NCBI GenBank assembly: GCA_041613315.1
Contig: JBFJHJ010000003.1
Coordinates: forward strand, 32,001 to 96,000
Length of the DNA stretch: 64,000 nt
Direction: 5' to 3'
Source of the DNA: Gemmatimonadales bacterium
Lineage (GTDB): Bacteria > Gemmatimonadota > Gemmatimonadetes > Gemmatimonadales > GWC2-71-9
The notes beneath the pieces are model-generated. The model ran no database searches. It was not told the DNA's origin and saw nothing but the letters and a program-made list of their open reading frames with translations. The position numbers were made by a program, and so were the translations under genes. Positions 11,596 to 20,700 of the stretch are shown here, in pieces. Numbering within the stretch: the first letter of the stretch is position 1; each line of letters begins with the position of its first letter.

Positions 11596-11640
11596 TACAA
11601 TGACTTACGTGAGATGGAACTTCCTGGCACGGAACTTCCT
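11596..11640 (+). promoter_or_regulatory. Candidate IHF site plus sigma54 (-24/-12) promoter
   Basis: CTGGCACGGAACTTCCT at 11624-11640 matches YTGGCACGRNNNTTGCW except G>C at -13; IHF-like TACAATGACTTA just upstream. Confidence 0.5.
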
Positions 11641-11648
11641 TATACGGT

Positions 11649-11777
11649 TGGCAAACAAGAAAAGTCTGCGGCGTTACTGAGCACCTTGCCGCCCGGCAAG
11701 TTCAAACTCGTCTGGAGGGGACGAGCGGGATCCCGCAAATGCCCGAGCTCAGTAGCGCCGCAGCTTTTTTGTCGCCA
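11649..11777 (+). ncRNA. Candidate structured small RNA, family unknown
   Basis: 17-bp closing stem 11666-11682/11747-11763 (one G-U), imperfectly extendable to 11649/11777; three internal hairpins; U6 tract at 11765-11770. Confidence 0.55.
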
Positions 11778-11934
11778 TGCTGCAGCTCAGGGTCAATATT
11801 GGGGTCGACCGCGGAATCGGCAAGTCTGACCCGTTGCCACCACCTCCCCATCGATCCTGTCGTTTGCGGAACCGAGAGCCCACGCCTGATACTTAGGCGA
11901 TGACACCTCAGCGTCTCGCTCCTCTGAACGTTCC

Positions 11935-13338
11935 GTGAGCGCCCCTCAGGCGATTCCAGCCTTTCCGCAGCAGCTCGAGTGGGTGAACGTCAGCCGCCCG
12001 CTCACGATCGACGATCTCAAGGGCCGCATTGCCGTCCTCGACTTCTGGACGTACGGCTGAATCAATTGCCAGCACATGCTGCCGCAGTTGCGGCGGCTCG
12101 AGGAGGCGATCGGCGACGATGTCGTGGTGGTGGGTGTGCACGCCGGCAAGTTCATCGCCGAACGGGAGACGTCGCGGATCCGTCACGCCACGCGACGTCT
12201 CGGCGTCCGACACCCCGTGGTCAATGACCGGCAGTTCCGGATCTGGCGGGCCTACGGCGTGCAGGCGTGGCCCACGCTCGTGTTCGTGGCGCCCGACGGA
12301 AGCTACCTCGGATCGCACGCGGGCGAGGTTCCGGCGTCGGCGCTGATTCAGGCGGTGAGCGACGTGCGCGACGGCGTGCGGGACCAGCTCACCCGACCGC
12401 CGCTGCCGCTCGATCCTGAGCCGGCGGCCGGCGACGGGCTCCGCTATCCCGCGAAGATCGCGGCGCACGGTGGCCGGCTCTACGTGGCGGATACCGGCAA
12501 TGGTCGAGTTCTCGAGTGCGAGCCGTCTTCCGCGACGCTCGCGGTCCGCCGCGTGATCGGCGACGGGGTCTTCGAGGCGCCCCATGGGATGGCCATCGTC
12601 GCGGACCGGCTGTACGTGTCCGACCCGCCGGCACACCGTATCTTCGCCGCCGAGTTGGCCGACGGGTCCGCGGCACCCGCGGTGTCGGCCGTGGCGGGCA
12701 CGGGAGAGCAGGCTCGCGGCTGCCCGTCCGGCGCCGTCGCGGCCGCCAAGACCCCCCTCAGCTCGCCGTGGGACGTGGCCTCGCACGATCACACGCTCTA
12801 TATCGCGATGGCAGGAACCCACCAGGTGTGGGCCCTGGACCTCCGCACCGGAACGCTCGGACGGCACGCGGGGAGCGGAGCGGAGAGCATCGATGACGGG
12901 CCGCCGGCCGCGGCGACCTTTGCGCAGCCCTCGGGTCTCGCGGTGCACCAGGGATGGCTCTACGTCGCCGATGCCGAGTCCAGCGCCGTCCGCCGGGCCG
13001 GCCTCGCGGCCGACGGGACCGTCGAGACCCTCGTCGGGACGGGCCTGTTCGATTTCGGGGACCGGGACGGCACCGGAAACGTGGTCCGACTCCAACACGT
13101 GCTCGGTCTGGGCGTGTGGCGGAACGGGCTGGTGCTCGCCGACGCATACAACGACGCGCTCAAACTGCTCGACCCCACGCGCCGCAGCGTCCGGGCGCTG
13201 ACGCGCGGCCTCCATGAGCCCGGTGGCCTCGCCGTGGTGGGGGACGTCGCGTACGTGGCGGATACGAACGCCCATCGTGTGGTGGCGGTGGACCTCCAGG
13301 GAGGCGAGATGCGCGAGCTCACCCTGAACGCGTCATGA
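11935..13338 (+). CDS. Thioredoxin-like domain + NHL-repeat protein (NHLRC2/SOQ1-like), probable selenoprotein (Sec at TGA 12058-12060)
   Basis: Reading through the TGA gives ...LEWVNVSRPLTIDDLKGRIAVLDFWTYG-U-INCQHMLP...VGVHAGKF, then NHL repeats (LRYPAKI, LSSPWDV, FAQPSGL). Confidence 0.85.
12078..12097 (+). promoter_or_regulatory. Candidate bacterial SECIS hairpin
   Basis: GCTGCCGC-AGTT-GCGGCGGC: 8-bp stem, loop 25 nt downstream of the UGA, G at loop position 2. Confidence 0.65.
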
Positions 13339-13404
13339 TGGCGCGCTTCCCCGAGGGACCCCGCCCCCCTACCTTCCACACATGACCTCTTCGAGGGGGA
13401 CGCC

Positions 13405-14757
13405 GTGACGCCGCTGCGGAACGTGCTCAAGCGTCGGTGGCCTCTCGGTCTCGCTGCGCTGTGCGTGGCCACCGTACCCACCGGCCTCTACGCCCAGGCG
13501 GTCGTCTACCGGATTCCGGTGACCGGAACGATCGAGCTCGGCCTCGCCCCGTATATCGAGCGCGCGTTGCGGGACGCCGGCGCGTCGGGGGCGCGCGTCG
13601 CGATTCTCGATGTCAACACCCTGGGTGGGCGCGTGGATGCCGCCCTGCACATCGTGGACGCGATCGGGCGCACCGAGATCCCGGTGTACGCTTTCGTGGA
13701 CCCGCGGGCGATTTCCGCAGGGGCTTTGATCTCCATGGCGACCGATTCCGTGTTCATGACGCCGGACGCCCAGATCGGCGCCTCCACGGTCGTCACCGCG
13801 GAAGGCGTCAAGGTCTCGGAGAAGGCGCAGAGCGTGATGCGCGCACAGTTCCGGGCCCTCGCCGAGCGCCGCGGACTCGACCCGCGAATCGGCGAGGCGA
13901 TGGTGGACGAAGACATCGCCATCGAGGGCGTGATCGAAGCTGGGAAGCTGCTTACCCTCACGGCGGATGAGGCGGTGCGCGTGGGTTACGCCGTGCGCGT
14001 GGAGAGCTTCGACGACCTCTTGGAGCAGCTCGGGCTGGGCGGCGCCGAGGTCGTCTCTCCCACCCTCAACTGGGCGGAACAGCTCGTGCGGTTCCTGTCG
14101 CACCCGCTGGTTTCGCCGTTGCTCCTGTCCCTGGGTGTGCTGGGACTGATGATCGAGATCAAGACGCCGTCCTTCGGGTTCGCCGGGGCCGTGGGGCTCA
14201 TTTCGCTGGCGGCGTTTTTCGGGAGCCACCTGATCATTGGGCTCGCGGGGTTGGAAGAGGTGATCTTGCTGGGGGTCGGGCTGGTGGCGCTCGGGATCGA
14301 GGTCTTCGTCGTGCCCGGCTTCGGCGTGGCGGGCGTCGTCGCGATCCTGTGCATCGGCACGGCGACGTTCCTGGCGTTGATCGGCAGCCTCCCCACGTGG
14401 GGGGATATCGCGCGGGCCAGCGGCATCCTGTTCGTGAGCGCGGTGATCGTCACCGGGGTGATCTACTTTTTCGTGCGCCACCTCCCGATCAGCGAGCGGT
14501 GGCGCGGCGTGCTGCTTCGGGCGGCGACGGACCGGACGATGGGCTACGTCGCCGGAGCGACGCGCGACGACCTCGTGGGGACGGAGGGCGTCGCCGTCAC
14601 CGACCTCCGGCCCTCCGGTACCGTTCGGATCGGCGACGAGCGCCTCGACGTGGTTTCGGACGTGGGCTTTATCGCAAAGGGGGCCCGCGTGCGCATCATT
14701 CGGTCTGAGGCGTATCGCCATGTCGTTGAGCCGATTGAGGACGCCGTCCAGGCCTGA
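13405..14757 (+). CDS. nfeD: NfeD (long form) membrane-bound ClpP-class serine protease
   Basis: DVNTLGG, AISAGALI, KLLTLT, transmembrane region, C-terminal OB fold (GVAVTDLRPSG). Confidence 0.9.
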   Translation: MTPLRNVLKRRWPLGLAALCVATVPTGLYAQAVVYRIPVTGTIELGLAPYIERALRDAGASGARVAILDVNTLGGRVDAALHIVDAIGRTEIPVYAFVDPRAISAGALISMATDSVFMTPDAQIGASTVVTAEGVKVSEKAQSVMRAQFRALAERRGLDPRIGEAMVDEDIAIEGVIEAGKLLTLTADEAVRVGYAVRVESFDDLLEQLGLGGAEVVSPTLNWAEQLVRFLSHPLVSPLLLSLGVLGLMIEIKTPSFGFAGAVGLISLAAFFGSHLIIGLAGLEEVILLGVGLVALGIEVFVVPGFGVAGVVAILCIGTATFLALIGSLPTWGDIARASGILFVSAVIVTGVIYFFVRHLPISERWRGVLLRAATDRTMGYVAGATRDDLVGTEGVAVTDLRPSGTVRIGDERLDVVSDVGFIAKGARVRIIRSEAYRHVVEPIEDAVQA

Positions 14758-14802
14758 GGGTCGGACGGTTGGACCACGGACTTCTAGCGTGCGGAGAGAC
14801 GG

Positions 14803-15792
14803 ATGACGGAGATCGAGCAGTTGGGCGGTTGGGTCATGATCGTGCTGTTCCTCGTCGCGGTCGTCGGCCTGAGCATGCTCTTCACGTTCATCCCGGTTCG
14901 GCTGTGGATCGAGGCGGTGTTTTCCGGCGTGCGCATCGGCATCGGCTCGCTCATCGGGATGCGACTGCGGAAGGTGGCCCCGGCCCAGATCGTGCGGCCG
15001 CTCATCGCGGCGACCAAGGCCGGCCTCAGACTGGGAACCAACGATCTGGAGGCGCACTACCTGGCGGGCGGCAGCGTCGACCGCGTGGTGCGGGCTTTGA
15101 TCTCAGCCGACAAGGCCGGCATCGAGCTGACGTTCCAAAAGGCCGCGGCGATCGACCTGGCCGGGCGCGACGTGCACGAAGCGGTGCAGGTATCCGTCAA
15201 CCCGAAGGTGATCCAGACGCCCAAGGTCGCGGCGATGGCCAAGGACGGCATCCAGCTCATCGCGCTCGCCCGTGTCACGGTGCGCGCCAATATCAATCGG
15301 CTCGTGGGCGGGGCCGGCGAGGAGACGATTCTGGCCCGCGTCGGCGAGGGCATCGTTTCCACGATCGGCTCGTCTGAATCGCACAAGAAGGTCCTCGAGA
15401 ATCCGGACAACATCTCGAAGACGGTGCTGGCCAAGGGCCTCGATAGCGGGACCGCGTTCGAGATCCTCTCCATCGACATCGCGGACGTGGACGTGGGCAA
15501 GAACATCGGGGCGGAGCTGCAGACCGATCAGGCGGAAGCGGACAAGCGGATCGCCCAGGCCAAGGCCGAAGAGCGACGCGCCATGGCGGTGGCGCAAGAG
15601 CAGGAGATGAAGGCGCGGACGCAGGAAATGCGGGCGCGCGTCGTGGAGGCCGAGGCCCAGGTGTCACTCGCGATGGCCGAGGCGTTCCGGCAAGGCAACC
15701 TCGGCGTCATGGACTACGTCCGGTACCGGAACGTCGAGAGCGATACCGAGATGCGCCGTAGCATCGCCAAGGGCGGCGACTCGCCCATCTAG
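14803..15792 (+). CDS. floA: Flotillin-like protein FloA (YqfA)
   Basis: [52 protein letters not shown]. Confidence 0.93.
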   Translation: MTEIEQLGGWVMIVLFLVAVVGLSMLFTFIPVRLWIEAVFSGVRIGIGSLIGMRLRKVAPAQIVRPLIAATKAGLRLGTNDLEAHYLAGGSVDRVVRALISADKAGIELTFQKAAAIDLAGRDVHEAVQVSVNPKVIQTPKVAAMAKDGIQLIALARVTVRANINRLVGGAGEETILARVGEGIVSTIGSSESHKKVLENPDNISKTVLAKGLDSGTAFEILSIDIADVDVGKNIGAELQTDQAEADKRIAQAKAEERRAMAVAQEQEMKARTQEMRARVVEAEAQVSLAMAEAFRQGNLGVMDYVRYRNVESDTEMRRSIAKGGDSPI

Positions 15793-15803
15793 GAGAATAG
15801 CTT

Positions 15804-16295
15804 GTGGACTTCGGCGACCTCTTCCAATTCGTCATCTTCCTGCTGCTGGCGCTGGCCTGGCTGTTCGCCGGGACGAGAAAGCGCCAGCAACGTCCGACGC
15901 GCCCGTCCCCACAGCGGCGGCCGCGCGCGCCACGGCAACCGATGCCGCCGGAGGAGCTCACCGGGGCACCGCTACCCACGCCACCGCTGGAGCGGCACGA
16001 TTGGCTCGATCTCCTGCGCGAGCAGCTAGAGACGGCCGCCGGCGGTGGCCTCCCGCCGCCGGAGCCTGAGACGGCCCTGGACGCCGTGCCCTTGGCGCCG
16101 GAGGCCCAGTCGCTTGAAACGCTCGAGCCCGCCGGAGAGGCCAGCCATCGCCGGTTCCACGAGCGCTACGTGGAGCAGGCGCCCGCACCCGCCCCGCGGC
16201 CAAGAGCCGACGTCTTCCCTGCGCTCACCCCGCGGACGGCGCGCCAGGCGATCGTGTGGCGCGAAATACTCGGACCACCAAAGGGCCTGGAGTAG
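15804..16295 (+). CDS. YqfB-like hypothetical membrane-anchored protein
   Basis: N-terminal TM helix; C-terminal ARQAIVWREILGPPKGL, typical of the gene after floA. Confidence 0.7.
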   Translation: MDFGDLFQFVIFLLLALAWLFAGTRKRQQRPTRPSPQRRPRAPRQPMPPEELTGAPLPTPPLERHDWLDLLREQLETAAGGGLPPPEPETALDAVPLAPEAQSLETLEPAGEASHRRFHERYVEQAPAPAPRPRADVFPALTPRTARQAIVWREILGPPKGLE

Positions 16296-16313
16296 AGGCT
16301 AGATTCCTCCGGC

Positions 16314-17561
16314 ATGAGCGACCTGCCGTACCTCGCCGACGAGCACCACCAAGTCCGCGAGATCGTCCGAGAATTTGCCGAGCGTGAGATCCGGCCGGTC
16401 GCCCGCCAGCATGATCTCGACGGCGCGTTCCCCTGGGCCAACGTGAAGAAGATGGCCGCGCTGGGGTTCATGGGCGCCCCCTGGTCGCCCGAGCTGGGCG
16501 GCGCCGGCATGGACTACCTGTCCTCCATCTTGGTGATCGAAGAGCTGGCCAAGGTGGACGCGAGCCACGCGCTTACCGTCTCTGCCCACACGACGCTCGG
16601 GACCTCGCCGATCGTGAGCTTCGGCACGCGTGAGCAGCAGCAGCGCTACGTCCCGCTGCTGGCGTCAGGCCGTGTGCTGGGCGGCTTCGGGCTGACCGAG
16701 CCCGGCGCCGGATCCGACGCCGGCGGCACGAAGACCGTGGCCGTGGACAAGGGCGATCACTACGTGATCACCGGCTCCAAGATCTTCATCACGCACGCCG
16801 GCGTCGGCGAGATCTTCGTGATCACCGCGCGGACCGACCCCCGCTCGGCAAGACGCAATCATGGGATCACATCGTTCGTCGTCACGAAGGACACGGTGGA
16901 TGTCGCGACGTGCGAGCAACTCGGGATCGGCCACGCGCCCGAGCTTCCCAAGATCGCGGGCGTGCGGGCGGGCAAGCGGGAGGACAAGCTGGGGTGGCGG
17001 GCGTCGGACACCCGCGAGCTCTACCTGGAGGAGGCGGTGGTTCCGAAGGAGAACGTCTTGGGGGAGACCGGGCAGGGGTTCGTCAACTTCCTCAAGACGC
17101 TCGATGCGGGGCGGATCGGTCTCGCAGCGCTCTCGCTGGGCCTCGCCGAAGGAGCGCTGAGCGAGTGCCTCAGGTACACGGCGGACCGCAAGCAGTTCGG
17201 CCGCGCCGTCGCCTCGTTTCAGGGCGTCCATTTCGCGCTCGCCACCATGGCCACCGAGATCGAGGCCGCGCGGCACCTCGTCTACCATGCGGCTTGGCTG
17301 AAGCAGCGGGGGCAGGCGCATAAGACGCACGCGGCCATGGCCAAGCTCTTCGCGTCCGAGGTCGCAATGCGCGCGACCACGAAGGCGGTCCAGCTCCACG
17401 GGGGGTATGGCTACACCACCGAGTATCCGGTGGAGCGCATGATGCGGGACGCCAAGGTCGGCGAGATCGGTGAGGGGACGAGCGAGATTCAGCGCATCGT
17501 CATCGCGCGCGCGCTGCTGGGGGACCTGGTCAACGTGACGGGAAACGGAGAAGCGCAGTAA
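16314..17561 (+). CDS. Acyl-CoA dehydrogenase
   Basis: [51 protein letters not shown]. Confidence 0.93.
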   Translation: MSDLPYLADEHHQVREIVREFAEREIRPVARQHDLDGAFPWANVKKMAALGFMGAPWSPELGGAGMDYLSSILVIEELAKVDASHALTVSAHTTLGTSPIVSFGTREQQQRYVPLLASGRVLGGFGLTEPGAGSDAGGTKTVAVDKGDHYVITGSKIFITHAGVGEIFVITARTDPRSARRNHGITSFVVTKDTVDVATCEQLGIGHAPELPKIAGVRAGKREDKLGWRASDTRELYLEEAVVPKENVLGETGQGFVNFLKTLDAGRIGLAALSLGLAEGALSECLRYTADRKQFGRAVASFQGVHFALATMATEIEAARHLVYHAAWLKQRGQAHKTHAAMAKLFASEVAMRATTKAVQLHGGYGYTTEYPVERMMRDAKVGEIGEGTSEIQRIVIARALLGDLVNVTGNGEAQ

Positions 17562-17579
17562 GCGGCCCGGCGCGGGACA

Positions 17580-17608
17580 TTGACGTAAGCCACTTTCCTG
17601 CATATAGT
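17580..17608 (+). promoter_or_regulatory. sigma70 promoter for the RNase E/G gene
   Basis: TTGACG-N17-TATAGT. Confidence 0.75.
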
Positions 17609-17884
17609 TACCAATGATGCATTGGATCCCGCGTGTGCCATACCGGATCCGGGGCTGTTTTCCGCCCCCGGTCGCGCCGGGCGGAACCTGTACCGGGCCC
17701 GGCGGCGCGGGGATTCCTACCGACTATCCGTTTCCGACTGCGGACGGGCCCAATGCGGCCTCCGGATCCGGAGCCGGGAACCTCCTTGGCCTTTCGGCAT
17801 TGCTCCACGTCATGAAACCCGGTGCGCCGCACGGGGCGGGTCACCGCCCGCCGGCCGGCGCCGCCCGGGGCGGAGTTACGAATC

Positions 17885-19417
17885 TTGAAACGGGAAATCC
17901 TCATCAACGGCAACCCGCGCGAGACGCGGGTCGCAATCCTCGAAGATGATCGCCTCGTCGAACTGCTTGTGGATCGCCCCGGCGTCCGGCGCTCGGTGGG
18001 AAACATCTATCTGGGCAAGGTGGAGGCGGTCTTGCCGGGCATGCAGGCCGCTTTCGTCGACATTGGGGCCGAAAAGAGCGCCTTCCTACACGCCTCGGAC
18101 CTGATCGAACCCGAGGACGACGACCTCGAGGCCGACAACGGCAAGGGCGGCCGCGCCAACCGCCGCCTTCCCATCATCCAAGAACACCTCAAGCGGGGCC
18201 AGACGCTCCTCGTGCAGGTGACGAAGGAGTCCATCAGCACGAAAGGCCCCCGCGTCACGGCCCAGATCTCGATCGCGGGCCGCTTCCTGGTCTACATGCC
18301 CTTCGCCTCCAAGATCGGTGTGAGTCGCAAGATCGACGCGCGTGAGGAGCGCGCGCGCTTGCGGGAGATGGTGGGGAAGCTCATGCCCAAGGATGCGGGC
18401 GGGCTCATCATCCGGACGGTCGCGGAGGACCTCACCGAAGCCCATGTCAAGCGGGAGCTCAAGGCGCTGCTGGCGCTGTGGAAGAAGATCAACCGCAAGG
18501 CCCACTTCGTTCGCCTTAAGGCCCCGGCCCTCGTCCAGCGCGAAGCCTCGCTCACGAGTGGCACGATCCGCGACCTCTTCAGCGACAAGGTCGACCGGCT
18601 CATCGTCGACGAGAAGCGGTTCTTCAACGAGATCCGCCGCTACGTCAAGGAGGTCGACCCGGAGCTGCTCGAGCGCGTGCAGTTCTACCGCGAGGCGACG
18701 CCCCTGTTCGACAAGTTCGACATCGAGCCGGAGATCCGAACGCTGTTTGACCGGCGGGTCGAACTTCCGACGGGCGGCTACCTCATCATCGAGCCCACCG
18801 AGGCCCTCGTCTCGATTGACGTCAACACGGGGCGCTACACCGGAAAGAAGGATCCCGAGAAGACGATTCTCCGGACCAACCTCGAAGCGGCGCGGGAGAT
18901 CGCCCGACAGCTCCGGCTCCGGGACGTCGGTGGGATCATCGTGATCGATTTCATCGACATGGAGTCGCAAGGCAACCGCGACCGGGTGTTGCAGGAACTC
19001 AGGACCCACTTGAGCCATGACCGGGCCCGCACCCGCGCCTTCCAGGTCTCGGAGTTGGGCATCGTCGAGATGACCCGGCAGCGAGTCCGCCCCTCGCTGC
19101 TGGATTCAATGGCGACCGCCTGCCCGTCGTGCGGCGGAAGCGCCCGGGTCCTCCGGCCCGAGGTGGTGGCGCGCCGGCTGGAGCGCGCGCTGCGACGGGC
19201 GGCGCATGAGCGGAAAGAGCGGCGGATCACGGTTCGGCTCCATCCTGAAGTGGGGCTCTACCTGATGGAGAAAGAGCCTAAGTTCCTCCAGGACATCGCG
19301 CGCGAGACGGGGCTGCAATTGGAGCTACGAGACGACCCGATCACGCGGGTCGACGAGTTCCGGCTGGTTGCGCAACCGGCGGGCCGGGACGTGACGGAAC
19401 ACTACGCAGTGGCGTGA
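17885..19417 (+). CDS. rng: Ribonuclease E/G family (Rne/Rng)
   Basis: TTG start, KREILIN, GNIYLGKV...PGMQAAFVDIG, IDVNTG, GGIIVIDFIDM, CPSCGG. Confidence 0.92.
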   Translation: MKREILINGNPRETRVAILEDDRLVELLVDRPGVRRSVGNIYLGKVEAVLPGMQAAFVDIGAEKSAFLHASDLIEPEDDDLEADNGKGGRANRRLPIIQEHLKRGQTLLVQVTKESISTKGPRVTAQISIAGRFLVYMPFASKIGVSRKIDAREERARLREMVGKLMPKDAGGLIIRTVAEDLTEAHVKRELKALLALWKKINRKAHFVRLKAPALVQREASLTSGTIRDLFSDKVDRLIVDEKRFFNEIRRYVKEVDPELLERVQFYREATPLFDKFDIEPEIRTLFDRRVELPTGGYLIIEPTEALVSIDVNTGRYTGKKDPEKTILRTNLEAAREIARQLRLRDVGGIIVIDFIDMESQGNRDRVLQELRTHLSHDRARTRAFQVSELGIVEMTRQRVRPSLLDSMATACPSCGGSARVLRPEVVARRLERALRRAAHERKERRITVRLHPEVGLYLMEKEPKFLQDIARETGLQLELRDDPITRVDEFRLVAQPAGRDVTEHYAVA

Positions 19418-19479
19418 TGACCCGCGGCGCGACGTCCGGTGTCAGGTACCCGGACGCCGCGACCCGGCCCGATGGACCC

Positions 19480-19508
19480 TTGACCCAACTCCGCGCGCTG
19501 AGTACAGT
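19480..19508 (+). promoter_or_regulatory. sigma70 promoter for rplU-rpmA
   Basis: TTGACC-N17-TACAGT, ending 9 nt before the ATG. Confidence 0.65.
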
Positions 19509-19517
19509 TACCGGCCT

Positions 19518-19835
19518 ATGAGCTACGCTATTTTCCGCGCCCAGGGGCGGCAGTTCCGCGCCGAGAAGGGCATGACACTCCAGGTGCCCCATCTCGACGC
19601 CGAGCCAGGGACGAAGGTCTCGTTCGACGACGTGCTGTTGTCCAGCGACGGGAAGAAGGTGCACTCCGGCCAGCCGATCGTGAAAGGCGCCAAGGTGACG
19701 GCGGAAGTGCTCCGACACGGCAAAGACGAGAAGGTGGTGGTCTTCAAGTTCAAGCGGCGGAAGAACTACCGTCGGCGCACCGGCCACCGCCAGCAGTTCA
19801 CCGAGATCAAGATCACCGATCTGAAGCTGGGATAG
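19518..19835 (+). CDS. rplU: 50S ribosomal protein L21
   Basis: [27 protein letters not shown]. Confidence 0.97.
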   Translation: MSYAIFRAQGRQFRAEKGMTLQVPHLDAEPGTKVSFDDVLLSSDGKKVHSGQPIVKGAKVTAEVLRHGKDEKVVVFKFKRRKNYRRRTGHRQQFTEIKITDLKLG

Positions 19836-19840
19836 GCAGA

Positions 19841-20098
19841 ATGGCGCACAAGAAGGGTGTCGGCTCCAGCCGCAACGGGCGGGATTCCAATCCGAAGTTC
19901 CTCGGCGTCAAGCGGTTCGGCGGTGAGGCCGTGCGCGCGGGCAATATCCTGGTCCGCCAACGCGGCACCCGGTTCCACCCGGGCCGCAACGTGCGCCGAG
20001 CGAGCGACGACACGCTCTTCGCGCTCGCAGACGGTGTCGTCAAGTTCGAGCATCACGACAAGCGGCGCCTTCGGGTGAGTGTATATCCGGCGGCGTGA
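19841..20098 (+). CDS. rpmA: 50S ribosomal protein L27
   Basis: [21 protein letters not shown]. Confidence 0.98.
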   Translation: MAHKKGVGSSRNGRDSNPKFLGVKRFGGEAVRAGNILVRQRGTRFHPGRNVRRASDDTLFALADGVVKFEHHDKRRLRVSVYPAA

Positions 20099-20121
20099 GG
20101 GCGGCGAGGTCGCGGGCGGAA

Positions 20122-20161
20122 GCGACAACGGCGGGCGCATCGGCGGCCGCCGTTCGCGTTT
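20122..20161 (+). terminator. Probable intrinsic terminator after rpmA
   Basis: AACGGCGG..ATCG..CCGCCGTT hairpin followed by a short T run, between convergent genes. Confidence 0.45.
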
Positions 20162-20183
20162 CCCCCCTTGTGTGTCGGGGCGG

Positions 20184-20660
20184 TCACGCTTCGGGGCCGG
20201 CCGCCAGGGCCCCGCGGCGCCGCACCTCCCGTAGCGCGCGGAGCTCACGCTTCGCCAGCTGGGCGCGCCGGCCGAAGAAAGCGAACGGGATCAGGGATGT
20301 GACGCCGACCCCCGCGCTCAACACCACCTTGCTCAGGGCTGCCGGCTCGGGTCCCAGCACCATCCAGAGCACCACGATCTCCGCCGCGATCACCACGGCG
20401 CCGAACGCGTCGCGCAAGTGCGCCATGTCCTTCCGATATACGTTGAGGCGGCGTTCGGCCTCCGTCTCCACCGCCCCGGCGGCAAGCAGTTCGCCCTCAC
20501 CGGAGTAGATCGCGCCGCAACGCCCGCAGATGCGTAGCTGGCCGGTGAAGAGGCTCTTGAACCCCTCCCACCAGTAGCGCGTCCACCGCAGCCGCTTGAC
20601 CGGATGGCGCAGGACCTCCAGCGCATGCCCACAGCGCTCACACTGTTCCACGCCGACCAT
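20184..20660 (-). CDS. Hypothetical protein with two CxxC motifs and two C-terminal TM helices
   Basis: CERC and CGRC, then hydrophobic segments. Confidence 0.6.
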   Translation of the reverse strand: MVGVEQCERCGHALEVLRHPVKRLRWTRYWWEGFKSLFTGQLRICGRCGAIYSGEGELLAAGAVETEAERRLNVYRKDMAHLRDAFGAVVIAAEIVVLWMVLGPEPAALSKVVLSAGVGVTSLIPFAFFGRRAQLAKRELRALREVRRRGALAAGPEA

Positions 20661-20700
20661 CGCTGTGCCCTACGCGTGAAGGCGATCCGAAGTTACGGGC

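Noticed and set aside
11616..11640. GGAACTTCCT direct repeat as ECF sigma -35 boxes
   Set aside because: No matching -10 element at about 16-nt spacing; the sigma54 reading fits better
11649..11777. tRNA-Sec, c-di-GMP-I riboswitch, SRP RNA or retron ncRNA
   Set aside because: TTCAAA lacks a full anticodon or T stem; no GNRA loop/receptor layout; no SRP domain IV motif; no reverse transcriptase in the window
11497..11829. 110-aa ORF across the intergenic region
   Set aside because: AT-rich atypical codons, no recognisable motif, overlaps promoter and RNA structure
12076..13338. 420-aa ORF-track call, or a nonsense pseudogene
   Set aside because: It starts after the redox motif. The only lesion is a TGA at the catalytic Cys position with a SECIS-like hairpin, so recoding fits better, pending sel genes
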